This document shows positions 10,881-21,727 of a stretch of DNA of 32,000 nucleotides, in pieces (the stretch's first letter is position 1; every line of letters begins with the position of its first letter). A model generated the notes under the pieces. The model did not search any database, had not been told where the DNA came from, and saw nothing but the letters and a program-made list of their open reading frames with translations. Source of the stretch: Zygophlyctis sp. KS116 (Eukaryota > Fungi > Chytridiomycota). Position numbers and translations under genes: made by a program. The stretch is taken from positions 1,205 through 33,204 of the forward strand of contig BAAFSQ010000099.1 of NCBI GenBank assembly GCA_054661495.1. Direction: 5' to 3'.

Positions 10881-12527
10881 GTCAAGTATCTTTCACGTAG
10901 TTTAGTCAAGTTTAGAATTCCAACAGTCAATCTTGTCCATAACTTAATAACTCTAATCTCTCTTTTTTTGGATTCTTCTTCAAGAGATTTTTGTATAAAT
11001 TCAGAAATGGCCTATAATTAAATAATTTAATTTATACAGAATGTAAAATGTCTCGATTTTCCTGATGAATTACTATTCCTTCAATTCTAGGCGTCGGTTT
11101 CCCTTTGTAGAAATCAAATCCAGTAACTGCTCTAGAAAAATCCAAACCAAGCTTTTTAGCCACTTTAATAGCTTCTGGATAACCAGAAATATGTATCGCT
11201 CCTTTTGGAACCATTAACGGATGGAAAATTTCAATATTTCCAAATGAATTCTTTGGAATTTTACCCTGATTTTATCAACAATAAATAAAATACATTTACA
11301 AGTTCTGGAGATTCAAAAGTCTCAGTTTGCCATTCTCCGTACAAATTACAATTAGTTGAAGATTTGGTCCCATCAAGAATTTTACATGGTTCTTCATCTT
11401 TTATAACTGAGCGTCCTAGTCTAATCCACCCATCAGAGGAAAGAGCACGATGAACAAAAGATCTAGGATATACAAGATCATTTTTAAAACGCCCAATAGA
11501 ATCTTGAACCCCTCTTGGATAAATAACCTCATTCTTTTTACACTGCTTTTCCAGTGCATATATAGGATGATTCAGAAATCCTTTTTGAGAGGTTGGCATT
11601 TTTTCAGCAACTACACTAGCTCTTAAAATTTCATCTTCTGCACAATCTTTTGAATCATTCCATAAACGAGAATAACGAGATAATAGAAAAAACCATTCTC
11701 TTTCATTTTCACCCCCCAATCTAAATCTAGCCACTTTTGATCCCCATTCATCAGTGTATTTCTGAGTCACATCCTTTATTCCAAATGCTAGATATTAAAT
11801 CCACGCTCGACTTACTACTATCAAATGCTAAAACATAAATTCCCCATGATTTTCTAGTCTGACTTAATTCAACTATCTTTATAGGCTCATCTACAATATT
11901 TCTTGCAGCATCAACAGGTAACCAAGTTTGATGAAAATCATCCCAAACTTCTAGCCATATTTGTAATGACAAGTCTTTATTTTCCTCTTGAGCCAAAGAT
12001 AAAGAAATAGGAAATAGGCAAGCCATGAGCCTTGTGTTAAGTTGCATAGATCTACATGCTGCAGCAAACACTATATTGAAATTATTTCTACTATAAAAGC
12101 ATCGATCGCTTAATCCTTTAGCCAACTGACTTGATGAATCCATTTGATCTGATTCGTTTGATGACTCTTTTGATTCATTAAATTTAATGATACTTTTCCA
12201 AAGACTTAAAAATGTCTTTATAGAATGTTTAAATAGTCTATTCTTTGAGATGGTTGTTGGGATCAATGAATAGCAAATCCCTTGAATCTCTGTATCATTG
12301 CACCATTTATTTCTAATTATTGCAGCAGCCAGCAAGCAAACGAGATGAACTTGATGCAATCTCATCCGTTGCATTTTGTCTTGTTTTGTAATTCCTGATC
12401 TCTTTTTGGGCCTCTGTAGAATGATTTCCTGGATCGCCTCTTCCGGTTGATCAGTGACTTGTTCCCAAATTTCATCTGAATCTTCCTCCGACTCTGCCAA
12501 TCTTTTACATGGAACCGACGGTAACAT
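10877..12527 (-). CDS. RAD4: Nucleotide excision repair protein Rad4/XPC
   Basis: HQVHLVCLL, WLEVW, KDVTQKY, NHPIYALE, LYGEWQTE, GKIPKNSFGNIEIF, AVTGFDF. Introns 11788-11815, 11266-11293, 11012-11037; stop TAG 10877-10879. Confidence 0.92.
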
Positions 12528-12795
12528 TTTGAAATTGAGCCTTAGGATCTGATAACTGAGCTGCTAAAATCTTACTTTAAAGATAAACCAAGAGGTAAGA
12601 TTACTGCTGGTAATCAATAGTCCCCAAAGAAGTGAGTTTAGGAATAGTAGAGTACTACAGGCTCATGATTGCTGGTAAGTAAAACAGTTAATTCTAGAGT
12701 TAATGATGCAAACTAAAGCAGTAGATCCAAATCAACATGAGCTCACAGTTTCAAACTTGGAAAAAGTACTTCCTCAAATACTACTTGAATTTTAA
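12509..12795 (+). CDS. MHF2: CENP-X / MHF2 histone-fold protein (about 70 aa, four exons; not in the ORF track)
   Basis: Splicing 12521-12545, 12595-12620 and 12675-12697 gives MEPTDLITELLKSYFKDKPRVPKEVSLGIVEYYRLMIAELMMQTKAVDPNQHELTVSNLEKVLPQILLEF*; the end matches the CENP-X signature LEKILPQLLLDF. Confidence 0.82.
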
Positions 12796-12798
12796 TAT

Positions 12799-15390
12799 TT
12801 ATCCTCCACATTTACATGAGCAGTTCCAAATCGGACATTCACTATGAAGCTTAAACCAATTGGTAATGTGTGATACGTGTCCGCCATGCTTACAAGAAAT
12901 GCAAAATGTAAACCAGTCTGAAATAGGTTCTTGAGATTCTTGAATTGAGATTCCCATGTTAATTAAGCAAACTGAACACTTTGGAAGAGGTTTACGACAT
13001 TTTTGACAATTTGAGATTTCAGTACTCGTTGGAGTCGAGGCTATAGGACCAGAACAATAATTACAGCGGAGGGATAAGCGACCAGGATCTTTTTCAGAGT
13101 CTGATTTGGTGTATTTGGGTCTATATATATCAAATTCAGCCCTTTGATCAAATTGTCGCCAACGATCCAAGAGTTCACGGTAGCTAAGAATTTAAATTTT
13201 ATTTCTTACCAGAGAATCCAATTCTTTATTTGAGAACTTGGAGATTTTTGATGAATTAATGAGCTTAATAATGCAACAGTTTGAATATCTCCTGAATAAT
13301 CAAGATAATTTGATAAAACTTTGATACTGGTTTCTGATGATAGTCCACACAAGATAATAGATTGAACTTCTCCAACAAGCATCATTTTATTCAAAAGTTT
13401 TTCTAAATATTCCAGGAGCTATTAATTAATAAGTGGTCCCTTAATTTACCATTTGATCATCAAGAAGTCTAAATGCTATTCCTAATTTATCCTTAAGAGA
13501 GAGTTCTCTGTCATTTAATATTGAATAAACGTCTCCACTAGAAGCAATCAGTCCAAAAATTGATCGTAAAAATGGATTTTTAATCTCACTACTGATCGAT
13601 CCACAAAGGCCTTTCCAGGTAGATGAACTTTTTGCATTTTCAACGCTTGCAAGAGATATTGCAATCAGTTTCAAACGCTCCTCTTTGAATAAAAAATTCT
13701 ACTATATTACCAGGTGATTTCATGAGTGCATCTATTGTCCTCTTCAAATTCAACCCGTGAAAAAACGCAGTAGCTGCTGCTTCTTCGTATTTCCCATCAG
13801 CTATACTCGCAGTTATGTTAGCATCAATCATGACATTTGATTCAATTGGATCATCCGTGTAGAAATCCCATCCAATCATTAAAAGACCTTTTCTTCGCAT
13901 TGATGAACTATAGGACTGAAATGGAAATCTATCATTTACACTGTCTAAATTCTTTGAAAAGCTATCCTCTAAAAGATAAGTAAATACAGAATATACCAAC
14001 TTCACGGATAGAACTTTCTACAAGGGAAAATAATCCTTCTCTAAAATAATCCTTTGAGCCCTTTACAAACGTATTAGCATTCTTTTCCATATTCATTATC
14101 CATTCCCAAACCACTTTCAAACTTCCATCTTCATGCTGTATAAGGGCCAGATTTCTTTTAGCCTGCAAGTTATAAGGTCAATAATGCATACATCAAGATT
14201 ATACCCTTTCAAAGACCTTTGATACATTTTCATTGAAATATCAGACAAATTAGCAAGATTCATTTCAAAAAAGTCCCCTTTTACAGCCATTCCCAAATTT
14301 CCTACTGGGGAAATTATAGATTGCACCGTCTCAGGCATTGGAGTACAAACTATAGATTCGCCTAATAAAAGTAGGTTTGAATCTGCATCCCAGGTGAAAC
14401 ATGAGAATTTATCATTTTTCATAATTGCTACTGAGTAAGTTAAAAATAATGCTACATTTTCGTACTGAAACCAATACGGGAATATCATCAATTAATGAAT
14501 CATTGTCCTCTTCGTAAGACTCGGAAGAATGGTGTATATCCTGAATTTCATAAATCTTGACGATTGGAGAATCTTTTCCAATCACCCCAATAATACCCGA
14601 GCGTGACTTTGCCCAACATATTTGCTTAATACCATTTTTATAATCGGTTCCAAATGACAAAACGGGCTCTCCCACCTTTCTTATATCAAAAACTCTCACA
14701 AAGCCATCATCTGAAAACGAAGCCCAACGATTTGAGGAAAAAGGATCTGTAGTAATTCCCTGAACAGCTCTTGTAGAGAATATCAATGAAGATGACATCG
14801 TGTCTATTTCTTAATTTATTGTTTAAGATACCTCTTAAATCAAAAAGCCTTATCCATTTCTGTGACATTCCTGCAACAATTCTTGTAGAGTCATTAAACC
14901 ATGCCATTGAAGAAATACCTTCCGAGCTCCCATAGCTAGCAAGTGGTTTTTCATTACTTTTACTAGAAATACTGGCGTTAGATCCATGCATTGAAGTTAT
15001 TGAAAAATCATCTCCTGATGCACATCTTTCAATATCCCAGACATTCAGACCGCAATCATTCCGGACTTTATCAAGAGCAGTGGCCAATAACTTTGCATTG
15101 ACAGGACAAAATGCAACATCGATGCATGTTCGTGAATGTCTGGGCAAAAACTCTGATATAAATTGTAGTTTTTCTTGAATGATCTGCCCCAACAAAACTC
15201 TTCCAGAAGAATATCCCAATGCAATCATTTCTGTATCTATTGTACTGATCCAATCAATACATTTTAATAATTTAGCATCGGGGGTGTGAAGCGGAATTTT
15301 GGTATTATTTCTGTAAAGCTCGAGATCCGGATTGGCGGTCAATGTTGATTTATACAGGGATAATATCTTTTCAAACTTGTAGTTGCTCAT
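12799..15390 (-). CDS. SEA4: GATOR2/SEACAT subunit MIOS/Sea4
   Basis: WD40 N-terminus (LDKVRNDCGLNVWDI), YLDYSGDIQTVALL and C-terminal Zn/RING (CRKPLPKCSVC, WFTFCISCKHGGH, CPIWNCSCKC). Introns 14804-14831, 14431-14455, 14163-14191, 13969-13996, 13683-13710, 13419-13449, 13184-13209. Confidence 0.92.
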
Positions 15391-15489
15391 CAGTTTTCAT
15401 AAAACCTACGCACAATGACTTAGTACGTAACTACGCAATACATTTATAATCTTAAACCCATCTAAATAAATACTCTAATCATCTGCTCG

Positions 15490-16675
15490 TCAATTTTTTC
15501 TTGTTAAAAACATGGCTATTGCGAATATCATTAGTGGGACTAATATCACCAATATCAGATTGGTTTTGATGGGGGTTTTGTAGTATTGACAACACCTTCC
15601 GGTTTGATTTATCACTGAATTTTAAATACTATTATTTACCTCTAATGTCATCAATTGAAAACCTGACAGGAGATACATCTTCAACAGAAGGCATTTCAAA
15701 CAGTTTCGTATCTTCAGGACTCATTGCGTTTGACTTAAAATGACCCCTTATTTTAGGAGATTCCAGATAATCGTTATCTGTAGCAAACAATACAGCTTCA
15801 TATTCTACTTGAATAGGTTGATTATCTTGAACTTCTTCTTTTGCACTACTGTCAACCTGATCATAGTGGTTAGATTTTTGATGCTTTTGAGCAATAACCT
15901 TCCATTCATCAATGCTAAGATGTTGCTTTAAAGAATTATTTGTATTCATCCATGAATAAGCTCTTCTATTTCCTTTTTTTATACTAGGAAGTTTATCTGA
16001 AATTGGAGTATTAAACTGTGTTACTGCTCCTTTTGGAATAATTGATATTTTTCTTTCCTGAACTGATCCTAGAGCAAGTTTTCCAGGAGATGGAATGTCT
16101 GGATTATTGACTTCTGCCATATCAATTGTAATATTATCCTTTATTCGAACCATTTGCATTGGACGAACAAAAGGATACGTGTAAGCTTTATCCTTTGAAA
16201 CTTGAAAATCATTTGGAAATTCTTCTGACAATGGTGAAACGACTGGACCTGCTAATGTCCATTTAGCAGGAGACTTTGCATCTACATTTACTGCAGAGTC
16301 GGATGGAATAATGTCTTCTGATTGATCTTTTGATTTAATAACCTTTCCAGGTTTAACTTGAAAGTACAAAACATCTCCCACAATATCCAAATTAGACAAT
16401 GGATTAAGAACATGCAATCGATGAATATATTTCCTTCCTTTGATAATTTGAGTCTGAAAGAGAACCTTATTGAGCTGATATGCATTATAGTATGAATAAA
16501 AAGATTTATCTGGATTCTTTGGATCTACTGTACTCACTCTTGCCAATATAAAACTCTTGCCCTGATCATGACAAGTCTCGATCATGTCCTGAAATGTTTC
16601 TAAAGTGAATGAATCTTCATAAGACATTGATACAGAGTCTATAATTTCATTCTTTGTATCTTTTAATTTTATCAT
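15490..16675 (-). CDS. DUF5092-like protein with C-terminal transmembrane anchor
   Basis: EDSFTLETF...FILARVSTVDP...YSYYNAYQLNKVLF...LNPLSNLDIVGDVLYF. Intron 15615-15639 adds hydrophobic tail LILVILVPLMIFAIAMFL-TRKN*. Family assignment is from memory. Confidence 0.6.
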
Positions 16676-16717
16676 TATTTAAGTCCCATTGTCCTCATTG
16701 TCTTTTAGGGCGGTCGG

Positions 16718-17299
16718 ATGACGATATACAAATCTATACTTGGAAAACAATTAGAAAATAACAGGAATTCTCTCAAATCTCAAAGAAAAACTTGGAATCT
16801 ATTGCGAGATCAAGGATTCCTCTTAATGCAGTCTCTAGTCCAAGATCAATTAGAGGCTCTGGTTGAAAATCATTTGCGAGTGCCTGGGACTCTGCTGAAT
16901 GATCGGGATATAGGAAAAGACTCTAGTACAATAGATGCATTGAATAAAGTTGTGGCCAAGATGAAGATATTAATTCAAAAGATGCAAAAGAACTTTCTCA
17001 ACTTGTTAGATATAAAACAAGAAGCGATCGGAAGATTGGGCACAGACTTGAATTCTTTTTATTATAATGATTCAACTTTAGATGATTGGAGTAAGTTTTA
17101 TTTGTAATGGTTTCTAGTTTTAAAGGTTCATAAATTTATAGAAAATTATGTCAAGGAATACATACTAAAGGAAATCATGGCTAAAAGTTTTAAAGTTACC
17201 AACAAGGAAGAAGGACTTGTTTTACTCTCTGCATGGCAAAAAGATCCTTTTGTCCATGAGTACACAGAAGCTCTTGTAACGGATGGTGTTTTGGGTTGA
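16718..17299 (+). CDS. C1orf109/AIRIM-like helical protein
   Basis: Intron 17091-17117 joins an exon with YVKEYILKEIM...LLSAWQKDPFV, resembling the C1orf109 C-terminal Y.KE..LK...W...P(Y/F) pattern; stop TGA 17297-17299. Confidence 0.55.
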
Positions 17300-17305
17300 A
17301 AGTGG

Positions 17306-18339
17306 ATGGATTTACAAGGTTTTCCAATGTCTGATCAAATGCGTCTTGCGCTATTGAACAATAATTTGAGTTTTGTAGAGGAAATTGTATTAATATCGCC
17401 GCAAGAGCTATCAAAGAAATTGGGTATAAAACTTGATTATTGTTTAGAATTTCTAAAGATGGCTCGTTTGGCCATTATACCAAGGCCGATTGAGAATTCC
17501 AGTCAAGAGACTTTATTTACAGGATTACAAAGTTTAGACGATCTAGGTGGAATTTCAAAAGGCCAATTATTTGAGGTTTTTGGGGAAGCAGGAGGTGATT
17601 TGTCTGATTAATGGTTAGCTGGAAAAACTCAATTCGCTTTATCTTGTGCAATGAATGTGGCACTTCCAAGTGAATTTGGGGGAAATGATGGGATCGTGAT
17701 TTATATTTCTACCGATCATGCATTTCCTATTAATCGTTTAATGACTGTGTTAGAATGTTTTAAAGAAAAACATCCTCATTTTTCACCAGAATTGGTGTTG
17801 GAAAGGATTATAGTTCAAGAGTTGTCAGTTCGAGATATTGTGGATTTTGAAAGAATTATTTTACACGGAATACCGGCATTGCTTGATATTTTACAAGATG
17901 TAAAATTAATAGTTATAGATTCAATCGCATACAACTTTCGAGCTGAATTGGATTCTGCTGTAAATAGAGCTGTTACATTGGCTGAAATCGGACTTGTTTT
18001 GAAAAAATATTCTGCTACTTATGGTGCTGGGGTTTTATTGATCAATCAGGTTACAGACTCTTTTGATCAAAATCTGTTTTGTACAACTTCAATAAGTCAC
18101 GGTCCCAGTCATTGGATAAAGATATCCGTCGATAATCTTAATCAGAGTAAAAGACCTGCCCTTGGATTGGCGTGGTCAAATTGTGTAAATACTCGGTGTA
18201 TGAATGTTATTTTATCAATTTTATAGGTTTATTAAGTAAAGATTCGAGAGATCGAAAGCTAGTTGTCGTTTTTTCACCATATCTACCTCAGACAATCATT
18301 CCTTTTTCAATAACTACATCTGGCATCATACAAACATAG
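17306..18339 (+). CDS. XRCC3: RAD51 paralog XRCC3/Rad57
   Basis: Walker A GEAGAGKTQ is formed across intron 17595-17618; Walker B LIVIDSIA; RPALGLAWSNCVNTR. Intron 18198-18226; last exon VFSPYLP...ITTSGI; TAG 18337-18339. Confidence 0.85.
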
Positions 18340-19084
18340 ATGATCTTGACATTGGCTTCAAAACTGCTAAATTTTCTTTAATCTTTAACATGATATTTTC
18401 TGTTTCACTTTGTGGAAATAATTCAGGAATACATCTAGTTAGACAATGAACAATTTCGGGATTAGTTCCAGAAAGCGACTGATAATCAGTGACAGCTAAA
18501 AAAACTCTACATTGAATACCTCTGCTATCCAACTATAAAATTATTTAATCACAAATTACCATTGACAGCAGCGCAGCAGAAAAACCAGTAATGTATCCGG
18601 GAATCGGTAATTTAGGCAAGCTTGATTTTACTTTAACAGCGCCTGATTCAAGAATCATCATTGGTGCGGTCTCATCCCGCCTTCCAGAATAGATTTGATC
18701 ATCTAATACAATATCTAGAATAGTCGTAAGATTCACGGGAATTTTCTCTACAATTTCAGCGGCCAAGTAGTTTGGATCTGGAATGGAACTTAAATTTATG
18801 GTCCAAACACTCCCATCATCGTTTCCCTTGATCTCGCAAATAATTGATCCGATTTCAATAGTTCCAATCTTTGTTTTGAATCCAAAACCATTGATAAACG
18901 TATGAGCAGACTGAGTCACACCTATAATCAAATGATTCGGCAATTGGCCATTGAAATTAATCTTCAGATAAATCTTATAGTATCTCACCTTTGGAATAAT
19001 TTCTGGCTTTGGGTTACAAAAGAGTTGATACTCATCCAACTCTTCTAGCTCATAGTCATTAGTAGGATCATATTGAAAAACCAT
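18326..19084 (-). CDS. Proteasome assembly chaperone 1 (PAC1/PSMG1)-like
   Basis: Acidic N-terminus, LPIPGYITGFSAALLS|MLDSRGI motif and HbYX-like C-terminus SMFV. Intron 18533-18559 and probable in-frame intron 18962-18988. Confidence 0.65.
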
Positions 19085-19099
19085 TTTATATAACCTAAC

Positions 19100-20174
19100 C
19101 TAGCTTCTGATAGAATAGTCAGTTTCCCAATATTTGGCAGTTCTCTTCAAAGCTTCATCCATTGATACAATCGGACTATATCCTAATATTTTTTTAGCCT
19201 TTGAAATGTTAAAATAGCGATTTGCAGTGATCATTTTAACACGAAATGATGTGAATGATGGATGAAGAGTTTTAATAGGAGATAATGCCACAGTCATTGC
19301 ATCAGAAAACTTTCCCAACATCATCCCAAGCCATTTTGGTATTTCAATCTTCATGGTTTCCCTGTATCCTAAACCATCAAATAATGCCTTTGGGAAATCC
19401 CAAAAGAAAATTGGCTCATCATTGGTTATTATAAATACCTATGTATTAGAATTCTAAAGATGATTCAGAAAATCAATAATCACTAGATTAAAAACATACC
19501 TGACCTGCTATACCATTTCCCTTTTCAACTTTTTCAGCCGCTAAAATGTGAGCATAAGCGGCATTATCCACAAAAGTCATATCAAACAAATTATCATTAT
19601 TTCCAATCATGACTCTCCATTGACCTCTTTTAGCGGCCTGGGCCATTGCCAAAGAACCTTGAGAATCTCTAGGTCCAAAAATCCCTGAAGGTCTAAGAAC
19701 CACTGTCAATAACCTGTTTGGATCGTTTGATTCGAGTACTAGAATCTCAGCAAGAGCTTTACTTTCATTATACGCATCCATGTGTACATCACAATGTGGA
19801 GTATTTTCATCTGCATTGATCAAATCATTTCCATTATAGATTACAGAAGCGGAGGAAGTAAAAACCAGTTTTGGAACTCCTGCTTTCTTTGCTGCAGCGA
19901 TAACATTTGCTGTTCCTTGAACATTTACAGCATGATAAATCTGAGGATCACATCCATGAGGAGGAGAAGCAGTATGAATTATGACTTCAATGTCTGCAAA
20001 TGCCAAAATAAGATCTTCCAATTCTGACAAATCTCCAATGAAATACGTTTCCAGACGATCGTCGTCAAACGTCTTCTTCATGTCGAAAACAGATACAGAA
20101 TGATTTCTGTCTAATGCCATTTCTACAATCCTTCTACCCAAAAATCCTCCACCGCCAATCACTAATACTTTCAT
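19100..20174 (-). CDS. ERG26: C-3 sterol dehydrogenase/decarboxylase (NSDHL)
   Basis: MKVLVIGGGGFLG, HTASP, FTSSASV, YNESK, LRPSGIFGPRD, FDMTFVDNAAYAH. Intron 19439-19499 joins AGQ|VFIITNDEPIFFWDF. Confidence 0.9.
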
Positions 20175-20196
20175 TTTATTAAGAAACAAATCTCAA

Positions 20197-21693
20197 TTAG
20201 ATCAACAATGGTGAGTCCAACCCTCCAAAACCTGCTGCTACTCCTCCTTCCTTGCTGCTGACACTCTTTGTTCTTAGCAAATGCCCACATGCTTCATTCA
20301 TGTGGACAATCTGGCCATCAGTTACAAATACCCCATATATTCCCAACTCTGAAATAACAGGACCTTCGTGATAGATTCCTTTTCTAACAATAATATTCTG
20401 AAAAGATGGAGGAGAAATAAGATCCATTAAAATATAAGCATTTCTTTCACTAGGCTTTAGAGATTCGATAAATTTTGGAATATCTTCTCCGTAAATATTA
20501 TTTCCACCACTTTTTAATAAGATAAACTGAAATACCCTTCTCTTTGAGGTTTCATAACATATCCTCCAGGATTCTTTAGGACTGCAGCTAATGCGGCCTT
20601 TCCAGCTTCAGAATCATCAAGAGGATAAAGTCCAGTAAAAACATTATATATTGAATCAACATGTTCTTGATTAGATAAAAACCTAGGATTAAATAGAAAT
20701 ATGATACCTTGAAAGAACCCCAGGAAGAGATAAAACTTGTTGTATTTTCTTTGTACCGGCTAAATGATATTCAATTGGTGGACATTTAACAGCCCATGAA
20801 TTTTCAATCAATCTTCTTGCTTCCCATTGCTACAATGTGAAAATTCAAAAAATACATTTGAGCTCGGATAATCATTTGGAGTATATCCTGCTCTAAAATA
20901 AACTATCGCCACTTCCACATCTTTATAAAACAACCGCTGTTTTCCCCCCTTCAACTTTCCAAAAATGAAAACATCCTCCAGGGTAGCCCTTTCCACCCGT
21001 ATTCCATTTCTATTGTTAACAATTTAAAAGAAATAACCTTTTATAGAGTAAATATTCAATCTGCCGTTGGTCAAAAATATTTCCTTCGCCATTTTGCACA
21101 ATAAAAAGAACAATTGCGCTTTTGACTCCGTAAAGTTCCCAAGCTTTTGAGATTCCTAATGCTGGTGCATTCTTAGAATCATTTTCAGGCAATTGGTCTA
21201 ATTTAACATCAGCAAAATAGCATGTTTTAAACGCCATAAATCTGTGCAATTCAGACACCGAGCTTGAGAGACTTGAAAATCCAGATGAAATAGTATTAAA
21301 CTCGATCTGCTTTAATGCTGTTTCTTTTCCTTTAGAGTCTATCATATAATCTGATCTGTGGATCGCCAATCTAATTGGCTGTTTATTTTCACGGCCTTGA
21401 AGCAGCTCCATCAAGTTACTAGTAAAGTGATCCTGATTGCAAGTAGCATCTAGTGATTCCATAATAAATTTAGAGTCTTGAGACACATATTCAACTAATG
21501 AATTGAATATGGGCTGTATTCGCAATGCCTCTTTGAACCATTCGGCTGGAAAAGGAGTGGGAAACAAAGTGTGGGGGACAATCGTTAGCTCATTTGGTCT
21601 CATTAATATTCCATGCGCAGGACAAAAGTCTGCTGATTCCTTTTTCAAGATATCATATTCTGCAACAGATAATACTGGCGGGAAACTATTCAT
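20197..21693 (-). CDS. GSH2: Eukaryotic glutathione synthetase
   Basis: [64 protein letters not shown]. Introns 21010-21037, 20830-20855, 20683-20707, 20510-20535. Confidence 0.95.
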
Positions 21694-21727
21694 TCTGAAT
21701 CTTCAAACTAACTATAAGATTTAAAAT

